64,000 nucleotides of DNA, taken from contig MCFE01000052.1 of assembly GCA_002104905.1 (NCBI GenBank), positions 124,001-188,000 on the forward strand, given 5' to 3'. The notes beneath the pieces were generated by a model. It was not told where the DNA came from. It made no database searches and saw only the letters and a program-made list of their open reading frames with translations. This DNA is from Basidiobolus meristosporus CBS 931.73 (Eukaryota > Fungi > Basidiobolomycota). Shown one piece after another: positions 46,809 to 60,840 of the stretch (position 1 is the first letter of the stretch; each line of letters starts with the position of its first letter). A program made the position numbers and the translations under genes.

Positions 46809-49800
46809 TTACTGGATGTCGAGAGTCTTCTTCAATTTCACCACCAAGGCCCACTCCTCCTTGGACAGATCATTACGGAAGGATTCCTTCAAGATGTCAA
46901 TGGATCCACGGGTGATGCGAGAGTAAAGCTCATCGGACTCAACGAAATGTCTACCGAAAGTCTTGGGGGTCTCATAGACGGCGCATTCAATCTTGATGGC
47001 GATACCACCACCGGCTTGTCCCTTCTTGACTTGGTCGACGCTCTTGTGGTTCTGTTCCATACTGGTGACACGTCCAAGGGTGGTAATTTCCTTCTTACCG
47101 GTGACTGGGTCGGGTCTGACCACACAGATGGGAGTGCCCGATCTCAAGACACCCTCAACGACATCCACACCAAGGATAAGAGGGTCTCTCTTGTTGAAGA
47201 CGCATCCGGGAATGATCTTGAGAACGCAGGGGAACACAGCCTGTGGAGCTTGGTCCTTTCTCTTCTGCTCGACGATCTCTTGATTGTAGGCGGTGAATTG
47301 ATCGAACAAGTGATAAATAATATCTGCCTTGAACACCTTGACACCAAATTCATCAGCCAAATCTTGAGCATCTTTGTCGACCTTAACATCGAAGCAGAGC
47401 ATTACGGCGAATTCCTTGGCCTTCTCAAGCATCACTGAGGCTCGGATGATATCCTTCTTGTGGACTGGACCGATGTTGATACCGGAGACTGGGATGTTGG
47501 AGGTACGCAAGAATTCCAACAAAGCTTCCAGGGATCCAAGTGTAGAGGCCTGTACGCATACACCACGACCAGTGGTATCGATGTAGCTTTGCAAGTTCTG
47601 CAAATCGGACATGACTTCGTCCATGAGGTCCTCCTCGTCGTCATCAGGTCCAACAACAAGAAGTCGAGAACCAGCAATGGCCTTATCGAGATCCTGGGCA
47701 GAAATCTTGATACCAAGGGCGGCCTTGACAGACTTGTGATGAACATAGGCCGATTTGACACGAAGTTCACGAAGAGGTTGAGGAGTCAAGAGCGCACGAA
47801 CTGTGGTTACAATGGGGCCGTTCAGACCACACACCACAATCCTATCTCCCTCGTTCAACACACCGTTGGACAACACGACATCGATGGTGGTACCAAGACC
47901 TTCAATAACCTTGACTTCAAGCACGGTACACTCAAGCTCAGAAAGATACATAAGCTTGTCACTCATTCTGGTCTGAGTCAAATGCACAAGCAAATTCAAC
48001 AAGTCAGGGATACCTTCACCAGTAATGGCGGAAGTAGGGATCAAGGACACGTTACGACCCAAGTTCTTGTTGTCAAAGTAAAGGCAGGCGTTGAGACCTT
48101 GTTCGGCGAACTCGGTGATGGTCTTGGTGACACGGTTTTCGAACTCACGCTTAACGTTGGCATTCTGTTTCTCATACGAGTCGCGGAATGAGTTGTTGGG
48201 GATTTGTTCCCATCCGTAAATACGATCGATCTTGTTCAAGGCGACAACGAAAGGAGTCTTTTTGTCTCTAAGCAATCTCAGTGATTCGAGAGTTTGAGGC
48301 TCTAATCCGTGCATGATATCCACAACAAGAACGGCGATGTTACAGAGAGAAGAACCACGGGAACGCAAGTTGGTGAAAGATTCGTGACCAGGGGTATCAA
48401 TAACCAAAAGACCAGGAAGCTTGTACTCCATGTCACTTTTGAGGACGGCAGTCTTCTGCTTGATGGCGTCCATGGGGAAATAGGTGGCACCAATCTGCTG
48501 GGTAATACCACCAGCTTCTCCTTCTTGAACATTGGTTTGACGGATTTTATCTAGGAGCTTGGTTTTACCGGTATCTACGTGACCGAGAATACAGCAAATT
48601 GGGGAGCGGAGATCATCCTTAGATCTTGCAGCCATGGCCTCCTCGTGACGTTTGTGACGACGCTCAGCAGCCTCTTGCTTACGCTGGAGAGCTTGTTTTT
48701 GAGCGGTAGTGAGTTCTTCGTCAGAATCATCTTCACTGTCATAGTCACTGGAGTCCTCGTCGGAGTCTTCCTCAGAGTCATCTTCCGATCCGTCCGATTC
48801 CTCAGATTCGTCGGATTCGGATTTAGTGGCCGGTTTGGCTGCGGGTTTAGGTGTAGGCTTAGGTTCAGCCTTAGGCTCAGCTGGTGCAGGAGCTTTGGCC
48901 TCTGGCTTCTCTTCATCTTCAGACGAGTCGTCCCAGTTATCCTTGGTAGCTTCTTCTTTTTCATCCTCGCTAGACATTTCCCAGGATTCCTTGACTTCCT
49001 CCTCTTGAGGTTTTTCATCCTCACTAGACATTTCCCAGGACTCCTTGGCCTCGACCTCCTCTTCAGGCTCTGGCTTGGCCTCCACCTTAGGCTTGACAGG
49101 TTCTGGCTTCTTCTCGACTGGCTCCTTCTTTTGGTTGTTGTTCTTCTTTCTCTTGCCATAAACAACCTTCTTGGGCTTATTGTCGTTTTCTTGCTGCTCG
49201 GCAATACCTTGAACAATGACACCAGAGTCAAGCATTTGTTGAAGTCTTAATTCGGCCAATCTCTTAGCCTCCTTCTCTTTCTTTGACAAGAGTTTTCCTT
49301 CTTTTTTCAGCTGCTCGCGCTTGGCCTTCTCCTTTTCCTTCTTCTTTCTCTTGGCCTCTTCGGCAGCACGCTCCTCCTCCTCAATTCTCTTGCGTTCTTC
49401 CTCGAGTTTACGTTTTTCCTCTTCCTCCTTCAACCTTTCTTCCTCCTCGGCCAACCTCTGAGCCTCTAGCATCTTTTGCAAAGCAGCGATATTTGGTCCA
49501 CCCTTCTTTTTCTTGGGCTTCTCCTCCTCAGCGGCCTTCTTCTTCTTCTTCTTCTTTTTCTTATCCTTGGCACTCTTGCTCTCGCCTTCAGCCTCTTCGT
49601 CATCAGAGTCTTGGGGAGTAGCTTCGGCGACTTCCTGGACTGGAGATTCAACTGGAGTCTCTACAGGCTTCTGCTCCTCAGCAGGCTTAGAAGCGTTCTG
49701 AGCCTTCTTTTCCTGGGCCTTCTTCTTCTTGGCCTCCTTCTGCTTCTCCTTCTTTTCTCTCTCCTTCTCCTTCTTGGACTTGATGACAATCACTGGCTCC

Positions 49801-50248
49801 TCAGGGATCTCAATGTCCATGGGGACCTCAGGAGTCTCGACCTCAGCAGCCTTCTTGTTCTTTTTGTTTTTCTTGTTGGCACGAGATATTTGGGACATCA
49901 AACCACCGCCAACAGAGTCATCCTCGCCATTGGCATCTTGGCCCTCCTCAGCGGGGGCATCGGGGTTGAGGGCCTGAGCATCTTCTTCAAACTCATTATC
50001 CCTGGAAGTTAAGAAAGCGTTCGGGTAAGTGACTGAGGATCCACCATAAGCGAAGCACGAATTGGGGGAAGGGGGATTGTCAGGCCAATGCGATTCAGTC
50101 CAATAGACAGCCAATTTTCAGGCCACATTGCTCACGTCCACACGGCTTGGGTCAGAGTACGGGATAGGTTATAGTGATACAGAATACAGAAACCGGCTTA
50201 CCAGTAATCGTCTTGCTTCTTTTTATTTCCTCCCTTCTTTTTCGCCAT
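46809..50248 (-). CDS. FUN12: Translation initiation factor eIF5B; 2 exons (50248-50202, 50001-46809)
   Basis: Charged N-terminus. G-domain [31 protein letters not shown]. Exon 1 [16 protein letters not shown] splices in frame via GTAAGC...CAG. Confidence 0.95.
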
Positions 50249-50538
50249 CTCGGGTACCAAGTGTCAAAGAACACAAAGGAGAGCAGACGCAGGTTTCAAT
50301 TCAATTAATAGTATCCTCCTAAGATCGTGGTGACGAGGGTAGGGTTCGCAAAAGAAAAAAAAAAGGATCAAAAATTTCCACTGATGCTTGGTTTATTTCA
50401 TAATCGCCTGAATCCCCATTTGGCTTGGTGGTCCAGTACGGGAGTGGGAATTGATTTCATATATTCATCCATAGATTTTCTGGCTGTTACATGCATTTCT
50501 ATCGGAGATGTGTGTCGATGCTAAAAGTTGCGATTTCT

Positions 50539-52432
50539 CTAGGAGTATTTGGAGAAGCAGAGTGAGGCATTGGTGCCTCCGAATCCAAACGAGTTGGTGA
50601 TCGCCGCGCGAACCTCTTTCTCTTGCGCGACTTTAGGAACATAATTCAAGTTGAACTCTGTTGAGCAGCTGGGTTGTTCGAAGTTCAATGTTGGCGGTAC
50701 CACATTCTATTTTAAGCGATGGCATTAGTAAGATCGTTGGCCGATTCGGCACTACATGCGACGTACCTTGTTTACCGCCAAGATGGTGAAGATCGCTTCT
50801 ACCGCACCGGCTGCACCTAAAAGATGCCCAATGGCACTCTTGGTTGAAGATACAGCAATACGCTTGGCATCCTTGTTCTGGAAGATGGATTTGATGGCCC
50901 GATTTTCAGCCGCATCCCCTGTGTCAAGAGTTTAGCAACAACGTACAAAGATCGTATTTTCTGGTGCCTCACCTAGTGGAGTGGATGTTGCATGAGCATT
51001 GATGTAGTCGATATCGGAAGCAGACAAGCCAGCTACTTCCATAGCACGTTTCATCGCTCTGGCTGCACCGTTTCCATCTTCGGGCGGAGCAGTCATATGA
51101 TTAGCGTCTCCTAGAAACCGTTCAAGCAACAGTGAGTATTGACACGCATAGCAAGTACCCCACTCAAAAACCACCTGAGAGGCCGTATCCTCTAATCTCG
51201 GCGTAAATATGGGCACCACGCTTTTTTGCGTGCTCAAGCTCCTGTTGAACAATTCATGAGTCTAGTTTCCTATTTCAGCCGCAAGCAAAACTCGCCTCTT
51301 ACTTCCAATACTACAATGCCGGAGCCTTCTCCGATTACAAACCCATCTCGTCCTTTATCGAATGGTCTGGAAGCAGCTGTGGGATCTTGGTTGAAGGCGG
51401 TGGACAATGATTTGGCGCTAAAGCACTCATGTTAATGCCTGGTACATGCTCAAGCAAGGAATTGAGGGATTACCGAGCAAAGCCTGCTATTGAAAGAGGA
51501 GTGATGCTGGCCTCACTTCCACCAGCAACCATCACATCAGCATCACCGAACTGAATGAACCTCATGGCATCGCCAATGGAGTGTGCTCCAGTGGTACAGG
51601 CAGTAGAGGCGGCGTGATTTGGCCCCTTGGCAACCAAAGGAGTTAGTAATAACCAATAGAAAAAACTTGCCAAAACTATATTACCTTCAACCCGTACTTC
51701 AGAGTCAAATGGCCAGCGGCCATGTTAACCAATATGCGCGGAATAAACATAGGACTAACTCGACGATAGCCCTAAGCAACAGTAAACTTTGAATGCTTGC
51801 ACCGCTTGTCATAGCTTGTGGGAAACTTACTTGGTTGTAGTATGTATTTGCAGTGCTTGCAATATCCTCTACGCTTCCTATACCAGACCCCACACAGACC
51901 CCCTATTGACGTGTAACTTTTCAATGGCCATACAAGGAACCCCTTCAAAACTAAACACTAACGGTACGAATTCGGTCCTCTTCGTTATCGGGTAGCCAAC
52001 CAGCATCCTCCAAGGCTTGCTGAGCAGCACACAACGCGTATTGAGTAAAATCAGCCATCTTTCGGTCGTCCTGTAGCAAATAACACATTGAGTGATTCAC
52101 TTCGAAGGTATGCTGAATGACAGCGGGAAACATGGTCATAGCATGAATTTGTTGGGACCGTTTTGCGAACTTACCCCGCGCTCCAGCCACTCCGAAGGAT
52201 CAAAAAGATTCTCAGTTTTACTACCTCTTAAAACGACCCCTGCTACGGTAGAGGGTAGCCCATCGAAGTCATGCTGGGTGCTTGGAAAATGCTCAGGTCG
52301 GTTCTCTTTGGTCAAGGAAACGAGGCCTGATTTGGAATTTATAAGCCGCTCCCAGCTTGCTTTAACGCCAGTTGCTAGAGGAGTCACTAAGCCCAGGCCG
52401 GTAACGACCACACGTCTAGTTGCTATGCTCAT
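50539..52432 (-). CDS. CEM1: Mitochondrial 3-oxoacyl-ACP synthase (KAS II/FabF-like); multi-exon
   Basis: [20 protein letters not shown], catalytic [55 protein letters not shown] and [10 protein letters not shown]. Confidence 0.92.
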
Positions 52433-52601
52433 TTGTTCTACCAACCTTACTGCAGGATAGACACTAATGTGGATTATTCGTGATTGATGGCAGTCGAAAA
52501 CTTATCAAATATCCAATCTACCCTGACCAGTGACTGATCAATTGTGCACTAGATAATCTTGATGAATCGGTTTATTGATGGATGCTATTGATGGATGCTA
52601 C

Positions 52602-55600
52602 TCACGAACTTAACACCTGAAGTATGTTGTCCATGAATGGTTTGGCCAGTTTTGGGAGCAGCTCGAATTCAGGATATTCTATTTTAGGCTCATTCAGGGT
52701 GCCCTGGGATTTCTCGGGAACAGCGTCCCAATTACCGATGAATTCCTCCTCACCGTCTGCAGCTGTCGAGGATTGCACCTCCAGAACATCGTCCAGAGAA
52801 ATATTGATGTCTCCCAAATCGATTTCCGGGATCTCATCACTTGTGTCGCTGTCAGATTGTGTCAGGCTAACATCTCTAAGCAATTCAGAATCATCCGGGA
52901 TGTGGCTTAGATCCGAGCTGCGTAACAATCTGTCGAGAACCTCCTTTGGGATGGGTGTTTCAACTGTGTAGAGAAATTCTGGCTCAGTGCTGGCTAGCAT
53001 CTTCTTGGTTAATTTTCGGAACTGGCGCAGCTTTGTACGAAACGTATACTGCTTCAATAGATCGATGTCTTTCCGGAGGGTGTGGGCTTCGGTCGAGTCG
53101 ATGGTGGTTTGAGCGATGCTCTCCAAGTCAATCGACTTTGAAGTGATACCATCACGTAAGGTCCCTAGAATGTGTTCAATCCAGCCGATCAATTGCTGGA
53201 ACAAACCATCTCGACGCTGCTTATACAACGAGTGAACAAACTGGTAGAACGTTTCTTGGTGAGATTCCACTAGCTTGGTGAACCGTTTCATTGTAGTCAT
53301 AGCCGAGTGATCTTTAAAAACGGGTTAGGGTTATGCCATTTGTTCATTCCGCTCTAACGGCTGGATCCACTTACCAGAGCTTTGGTTCGTTTCTTCGACA
53401 ACTCGGATAAGATCCTCTATGAACTTTGCTGAGCTTGAGATAAAGTCGCTAATCTTGGCATCCTATGGTAAACACGTGAGCTACTGTTGCTCGCGTGTAA
53501 TAATCTGACGGTTTAGCTACCTTGTAGATCTGAGCTAGAGGCTGGTAGAATATGGTGAGAATGTCCTTCAAAAGCTCCCCAGTGACCCCCTAGACCATGT
53601 ATCGGTAAGATTGGACGGTTCCCTTGCAGCACAGGTATTCGACTAACCTCAAATACAAGTTTGATGGTATTCTCTATCTCTCGGATCTGACCATGCAATA
53701 CCATGACTCGGTACAATGTCTTGAGCATCAATTCGTTCTCACCATAGACACACATCTTTTCATCAAGGTCTAGCGAAGTGTCTTCATTGCTTTCACTAAT
53801 TGCTGATTCCATCAAAGGGTCTACCAAGTTCGCTTCCTTCAGGTATTTGAGGGCTTCGCCAAGAATCGCTCCTGTCTCGGAAGCGATTGAAGGGGAAATG
53901 TTCGGATCCTGGATAATGTGCACAAGCCTATCCAAATCATTTTCAACTGAAGGGGCCATTAGTAAATGTTGAAATCATGAGCGATCATCTCCCAAACATG
54001 TACAACCTTCGCTATCCCAAAGTGGACTCTCTTGCAAATAAATGTAATTGCGGATCTTCTCGCACAAGGCACTCTCATTGATAGACTCTTCAATCCGGTT
54101 GATTTCCTCCTTCTTTCTGTTGATCGATTCATTCAATGTGATCGACACAGTTCTTTACGCCGTATTCTTAGTAAACCCGCACGCCAATTGGTAAATTGTT
54201 GTCAGCGCGTACCTTTGTAGTATACTGGGTTGCCCGAAGGGTTGGGCAAGAAATAGGTCCAACACTCCCTTCATCATGGCTGTGGGATTAGCAATGCGCA
54301 GAATACCGCCCAACGCCCGATAAGGTATCAAACTGTGAGTTTGTTTCAATTGGTGAAAGTTACAAGTTGCATTATCATCTGCACAAAATACTCTATACAG
54401 CGTGAATGCAAAACTATCCCCAATAATAGATGCGTTAGTGAGGTGAAGTTGGTTCAGAATATTCTTGGGCCAGGAGAGAGGGAGGGGCACTTACTTGATA
54501 GTGAAGAGCTCGATCAATTTCTTATAGTGTGACGGCAGTTCCGAAGTGGTTGAGATGTCATGGAGAGTGTTCGAGAACGTTTTAAATCCACCTGTATATG
54601 TTGGTCACTTGCACATTCGTAATATTCATGGAATCGAGTATGTACCTTCATGAAGTAATTCTTTCTTGAATTTCGCAATGGTTTCTTTGAGCTCTTCGGC
54701 CTTCTCCTCGGTCATGATCATGATTTTTTGGTACTCTGCGTTCTTATCTGCGACGTAGACTCTTCTATTTTCCGCATCAGCAAAATCCTCTTCGTCCAAC
54801 TCGATCGGAGTTGACGTGAGGAAATCTTTGGTAGCTCGGCACCGCAATATCAATGGATTTCGAAGCACACTGCGGATATACGTCTGAAGGGATATCCGAT
54901 CTTTCTCGCGGTAATAGGTCTCCTGGGATGCATGCTTGAACTTTGGTGGTGGTGAAGGCAACTCTAGCGTTGGAAACGTCCGTTTGATCTAGGCCACGAG
55001 GTTAGAAGCGAGAAAATGGGGTTAATACCTATTGGCAAGCCTATGATCGAATAAGCCTACCTGATCGAAGAATTTTGTACATTGCGAGTAGCTTCGGAGA
55101 ACATAGATATCACCACCCCAATCTGGTAAACTGCATTTGATAATAAACATCTGAAGCATAATGTCAGTGCTTGTCAATATCCTGCAGGCAATCTGTGTGT
55201 GTATACCGCTTTTTCTTTCTGTATCAGGAACTTCTTTTTGAACTGGCGCCTGACTGAGACGATCTCCACAAACGGCCCTAATTTAGTGTCGGCGGTGTGG
55301 TCAGTAGATGGGCTCAGCTTAGCTGTATTCTTTTTCGAGCCAGGCTCAGGATGGCGATTGGTTGGCGATAGCTTATCAATGCTGATTGGTATGCCAGTAT
55401 TAAACAGCAGTACCAGGACTTTTTCAAGCTTCAATGCAAGCTTGTCCGGTTTGCCGTTCGATCTGAAGTTGATCGACCGCGTGCATGATCTGTATTCTTC
55501 AAATGCGTTCAAAAACTGCTGCAGTTTAGGCCAGAAGTTCAAGTTGACTTCCTTAAGAAATGGGAAAGTCAACACGTATTGTGTGAAGGCAAATCTCAAT

Positions 55601-55932
55601 AGAGGGGTGCCATTGAATTCCTCTGATGTCACGGGTTTATCCACGCAGGCGACTGACTCGGATTCATTCCGCCTTCTATACAGGAAATCTAGGAAAGAGG
55701 AGCTTCTATGACTTGAGGGTAGCTGTAGTAACGAGTGATCGTGAACGAGGTGATTAAGAGTCAATGTTCTTCTAAAAGTATCCATCTCAGAGTGGATTTG
55801 TCGGGCAAGTAGGTCGCGTTTTATCAGATGTTGCTCTTTGCGCGACAACTGGACCAGCGTTTCGTGGGGCTCCAAAGCCATCCTTCCGTGATGAATAAAG
55901 TTTGATATGTATGAGTGATGTTCCTCAGGCAA
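52602..55932 (-). CDS. PX-domain + DUF3818 protein (yeast YPR097W/Lec1-like); multi-exon, true start unresolved
   Basis: PLLRFAFTQYVLTFPFL...FWPKLQQF, PX region with YREKDRISLQTYIRSVL, and LKQTHSLIPY...NPTAMMKGVLDLFLAQPFG...SILQR typical of DUF3818. Acidic C-terminus. Confidence 0.75.
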
Positions 55933-56634
55933 AGTATTTATAGGAACTGGGAAGAATAGGGTGAAACCGTTAACAAAAGGATTATTGCGATTATTCGTGG
56001 TAGATAATGATACTATATCGGATTAGGTTGGATCCGCGCAAAACCAAGGAAATAATCTTCCTGGCCTAGCCAAAGAGAGAAGAAGAGAGAGACGGGATAG
56101 ATACAATGATGGCCAGTGAAAGATGATAAGAGAGATGGGATAGATACAATGATGGCCCGTATACTTGTACACACAAGACATATTGATACCTGTGCACAAA
56201 GTTCATGTACGATCTCCCCTGGAAACATGGTCCCTTCCATCCTGCAGATCCATTCACTACTCCTTTTTGCTAACCAAACGTGTAGCTGTACGTATTATTG
56301 CTGATGATATCATCCGCCCATCAATTATCCCAATCAGGAATGCAACGAACAACGGATTGAAGAACTAATTTCGATTCATGCAATCATACTGATAATAGAT
56401 GAAACAATGATTACTCCACATCGAGTTGTCATTGGTAGCTGCTGGCCGAAAATGAGGTTGAGTCATGTGTGCGTCCCTTGGGATCAACATTCGTTTGTAA
56501 CTTGCTTACTATTGTTATCTATTTATTCGGAACTTGCCAACTAATGCCTATGTTTGATTCGGTGGGTTGACGGCTTGGTGGCGGTCAACTAAAGATGTAT
56601 GCTTGCTTTTTATATGTAGATGTATGCTTGCTTT

Positions 56635-59011
56635 TCATATGCTGCGCTCAACAAACGACTGAATGATGCCTTCAATGGTAGCTGGGTATTCTTTCAGGAT
56701 TACCGAGTCTCCTTCCCGAACTGTATTGGCCTGAACGAATAGCTTTCGGGGCTGCTTGTGTGAAAGGACAATATCTCGCAGAGGAATCCAATCATCCGGA
56801 ACTGAAGTCACCTCCGCATACATGGCTGAGCCAGCCTCAAAGTCCGCCGTGGCCTTGTACACTTGAAGCTTTTGGAGGAATTCGTGCATAGCTGGCATTC
56901 CTACGGTCATGATTTTATTACGGTCCAGTGTGATGACAGCATCAGTGTCATCAGAATTACGCTCAAGTCTGACGAAGTCCTGCCCTGCCTCCAGAAGGAC
57001 ACGTAATATAGCATAGCGTGCCATCATGTGGGCCTGTCCCCATTTCCTTGCTGCTGGATTGTAGAATTCCAAACCGAGTAGCCCAGCCCGAACCATTGAC
57101 AGCCATCCAATATACATGACATCATCGGCCAATCCCTTGTCGTGACTACAATCGGTATGGCCAAATACGCGCAGAGCATCTTTGTCGGTGGACAAGTAAA
57201 GCGCCACGGATTCAGCACGGCATTCCTCATAGGAGGATGCGATATTTTTAAAGACCGATCCCCATGTTTCCCCAGGCTTGTACCAAGTGGTGATAGGGCT
57301 CTTGGTAATGGGCGAAATAGGAGGAGCTGTCGTATTGAAGTTGAACATTCCAGGCTCTTGCTCTGCTAATAATTTGCCTGAACCATGCCCAAGCAATTCG
57401 TGCAAGCCGACTTGGACCTCAAACGAAGGGCCTTTCAACCTCTCGTATAGAATCCGATCAGATTCCGTGAGAAACGGATATTTCTCCGTGGAGGATTTTG
57501 CATTCAATACATTACCCAAGCTCACATTCTTGAAGCCATAGGATTCACGAATATCGTCGTAATTGGGGATGTTGATACCTACATGGAGAGCGTTATGATT
57601 TGCGAGTGGCTTGAAAGTTTAGTTCGCTTACCAGCAGGAATTCCCCCCGTGGCGAACGATAGCACTTCTAGCGAAGTAAAGTCAGGCTTGTGGAAGCTAT
57701 CTTTCTCGTAATCAACACCCCTTATATACAGCAGTTAGTGGATAGAATTTGGTGAATTGCAAAGGCACGCCTACCAAGGTAATTTCGAAATGAAATACTC
57801 CGCATTGTCAACTAGCACGCCAAACTTTTTGGTGCGATCTTTGTTAACCATTGCAACGAAGCCTTCCCATTCAGCACGAATCCCAGCAGGGTCACGGTAG
57901 GTCTCAATGAATCCAATGTTGGACTCTACTGTTGGCCCAATATCCTTTATCCAATGCTTTTGAGATTCTTTATGAGCGGGTATCGAGCCGGTGGCAAAGC
58001 TCTCTGCGTATTTCTCCAACATAAGTCGCTGATTATCATTGGCCGCGTGTGGGATTGCTGCTAGGATCTCAGCGGTGATTTTTTCCATGATTGTGTGGTA
58101 ATCCCCGTACACTATTCTAATGGTTTTCCCCTCCTTCGTTTGGTGGATTTCGGGTGCTTTGACACTAGCAGATGCGACTCTGACTTCAAACTCAGTGTCT
58201 GATACCTTGAATAGCCTAGAATGGAAGTCAGTAAATATCGGTTTCCAGAGGCCAATCGTACTCAGTACCTGGTATTTAATGAGTCTGTATCTATGGATTC
58301 CAGATATTTCTGAACTTCTAAGATATCCTGCTTGGTAACATTTTCTGAATAGTAATTTGAAATGTGGCCATCATCAACATATCCCAGGAGGTTCTTAGAT
58401 ATCGGAGTGACGGAGTATAGGTGATCTTTGACAGAGTTAAACAAATCTGTAACACGTTGTACTCCTCTAGCTCCAACTATAGCTTCCAAAGAGGCTTCAG
58501 GTATTCTTGGGATGAATTTCGTATCGCCAAAAGACTTGTAATTGGCCAAATTAGTAAGAAATTGACCAGCATATTGAAGCCAATGCTGAAACGTCTCCTT
58601 GTCAACACCACTCCTCTGTTGAAGTTCGTTCAAATCTATAAGCTGCCCACTCTTTTGATCCTTAAATAACGCAACGATAAAGTCGAAAATACTCTCGCTT
58701 TCTTGAGTAGTTTGTCTTAATATTATGCGTGCTCCGAGCCAACTGGCCTGGCTAATATGGTGAGCGTAAATTTTTTCGCTATTCTGTAATAAATCAAAGT
58801 GCCGTTTGATTTCTAATCTACAAACTGGCGCTTCGCGGTCAGCATAGTGTTGTTCTTCGATAGTGGAGGTAGTTACAAATCGAGGAAAAACAGAGCAAGC
58901 ATGCTTAACGGGTGACAACGCGACGGGAATTGCCACCTTTGATAAACGCAAGAAGTTTTGGCCAACAGCTGAAAACCTGTTGGCTGGAATTATCCTATTT
59001 AACGACAGCAT
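56635..59011 (-). CDS. DPP3: Dipeptidyl peptidase III (M49 metallopeptidase); multi-exon
   Basis: Zinc motifs HELLGHGSG and [17 protein letters not shown]-like [34 protein letters not shown] and [13 protein letters not shown] at 59011. Confidence 0.93.
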
Positions 59012-59224
59012 AATACGATAACAATAAGTTATAGACAGTAGCAAGAGTCAAAAACTTCAGTTATTAACTATCAAATGGAAATGAAAATCCACCAATCTCC
59101 GCCATTCACTCCAATGGAAATCTATAATATCGAAATATAGGAACAACTTGCTTTCGAGTGTTCAAATTTAGGTGATCCAAGCCACTTAAATATGAATATG
59201 ATTAAATCGCCCATATTTATTGCA

Positions 59225-60051
59225 TTATAGTGTACCGTATACAGACTTGAAATTCTCTCTAGATGCTACCTTGGCCAGATACCGTTGTATGTTAGGTCTT
59301 CCCTCCAACACCACATCTCCCTTGACTGACTTCAGACGAACCAATAATGGAATGGCATGCACATCGGCCGATGTATACTTCTCTCCCACGATATATGGCC
59401 CACTCGCTAACTGGGCGTCTAACTGATCCAGATACGATTCTGCCTTTTGCCATTCAGCTCGGTGAAGATCAAATAAAGGTTGTGCTTGTTCAGGATGTTC
59501 ATAGGCAACCAAGATCGATTTCAATTGACCTAGTTTTTCATGATAGAATGGTGTGTCTTGTTTCTGAATGAACTCTGTCAAGGCTTTTACACGACCACCG
59601 AAAAACCCTTCGACAAAGGCTCTTTTTTGCTCCAATTCAACTGGATCAGCAGGGGAAAAGGCCAAGAAATTTCCATCAATGCGGTGTGTTTCTTTGATCC
59701 AGTGGGTGATGGCTGCTCTATCACTGGCGGGGTAAAGCTCGGTTCCTGGGTACTTTTCATCGAGATACTCGGTAATCGTAGTAGAATCATCCAGAATCTT
59801 GTTTGTTTCTGAGTTTACCAAGGCAGGCACAGTGCCATTCGCATTGATCCTGGAACGAAAGGTTACAATCTAAATGTGACTAAGATAGAGACTACATCAT
59901 GATGTTACCTAAGGTATTCAGGGGAGAAGTTTTCACCACCCGGCAAATCGACTTCCACTACCTCGATATCGGTTATGTTCTTCTCGGCCAGAGTAAGACG
60001 AACTGGACCAGGCCATAGCGCTTGTTTGAAAGAGTAGATTTTGACTGGCAT
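59225..60051 (-). CDS. Glutathione S-transferase family protein; 2 exons (60051-59909, 59849-59225)
   Basis: VRLTLAEK...VDL..GENFSPEYLRINANGTVPAL...DSTTITEYLD (GST-N) and GPYIVGEKYTSADV (GST-C N-capping box). Intron 59850-59908 is GTAACA...CAG. Confidence 0.88.
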
Positions 60052-60840
60052 TATTTTAGAGATTTTAGAGATGATTGTAAAATTGCGTGCCATTGACTTT
60101 ATATAGTATTTAGTGTGGTGCTTTGCGTAATCCCAGACCGATGATTATGAACGTGTGTACAATTTGGGATTCGCATTTGATGAAGATTTCAGAACGAATA
60201 CCCTATAAACGGCCCTTTTAGTAATCAACTGCCTGAAATAGTGGGATGCGGATTTATAAGCATGTCAATTGGAAGATATTTCAGATAACTCAATGCCTTT
60301 CTGAATCAATGAAAATGTCGGAATTGCGTATGAAGAGCATGTGTGAAAGGCGTAGTTCAGCCGAGTGGTTGGTGACAACCGTGGAACGATGTACATATAG
60401 CTCGGCCCATAATGTGTCGCATTACTTTTCCTAACACAAGCCCGATACTAGTTTCTACATATTGGCAGCTTATCGGTGAATCAGAAGTAGGCAGAGATGC
60501 CTTCCTGTCTAGGCATAGTTCATCAGGGAGCTTGGCATTAATTCAACAAGAGGAGCTGAGCTCATCCATTTCCCCATTGATAACCAACTGATCGGCTTTA
60601 TAATGTTTGTTTACCGTTCAGAATGCTTTGACAAGTTGTATGTGATTGCAAACTTTAACCACATTGCAATAATAAATATCCCTGCCAGAAATCGCTACCC
60701 TAATTATGCAAATGTTTATTTATTGATCTTTGAATAAATTCCTTCACAGGCATTACAACAATGCTTCTAAAAGAGTTAGGGTTCGATTGCACTCGTATAG
60801 AAGATGTTCTACTGTGGACCGTATACAGACTTTATTTTTT

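Noticed and set aside
48900-49060. Repeated [10 protein letters not shown] units in eIF5B
   Set aside because: Internal duplication in the disordered acidic N-terminal region, a common feature of eIF5B; not a separate element.
46889-50012. Long plus-strand ORFs (e.g. 46947-47438, 47460-48191, 48579-49250) opposite eIF5B
   Set aside because: Antisense shadows of a highly biased, low-complexity coding region.
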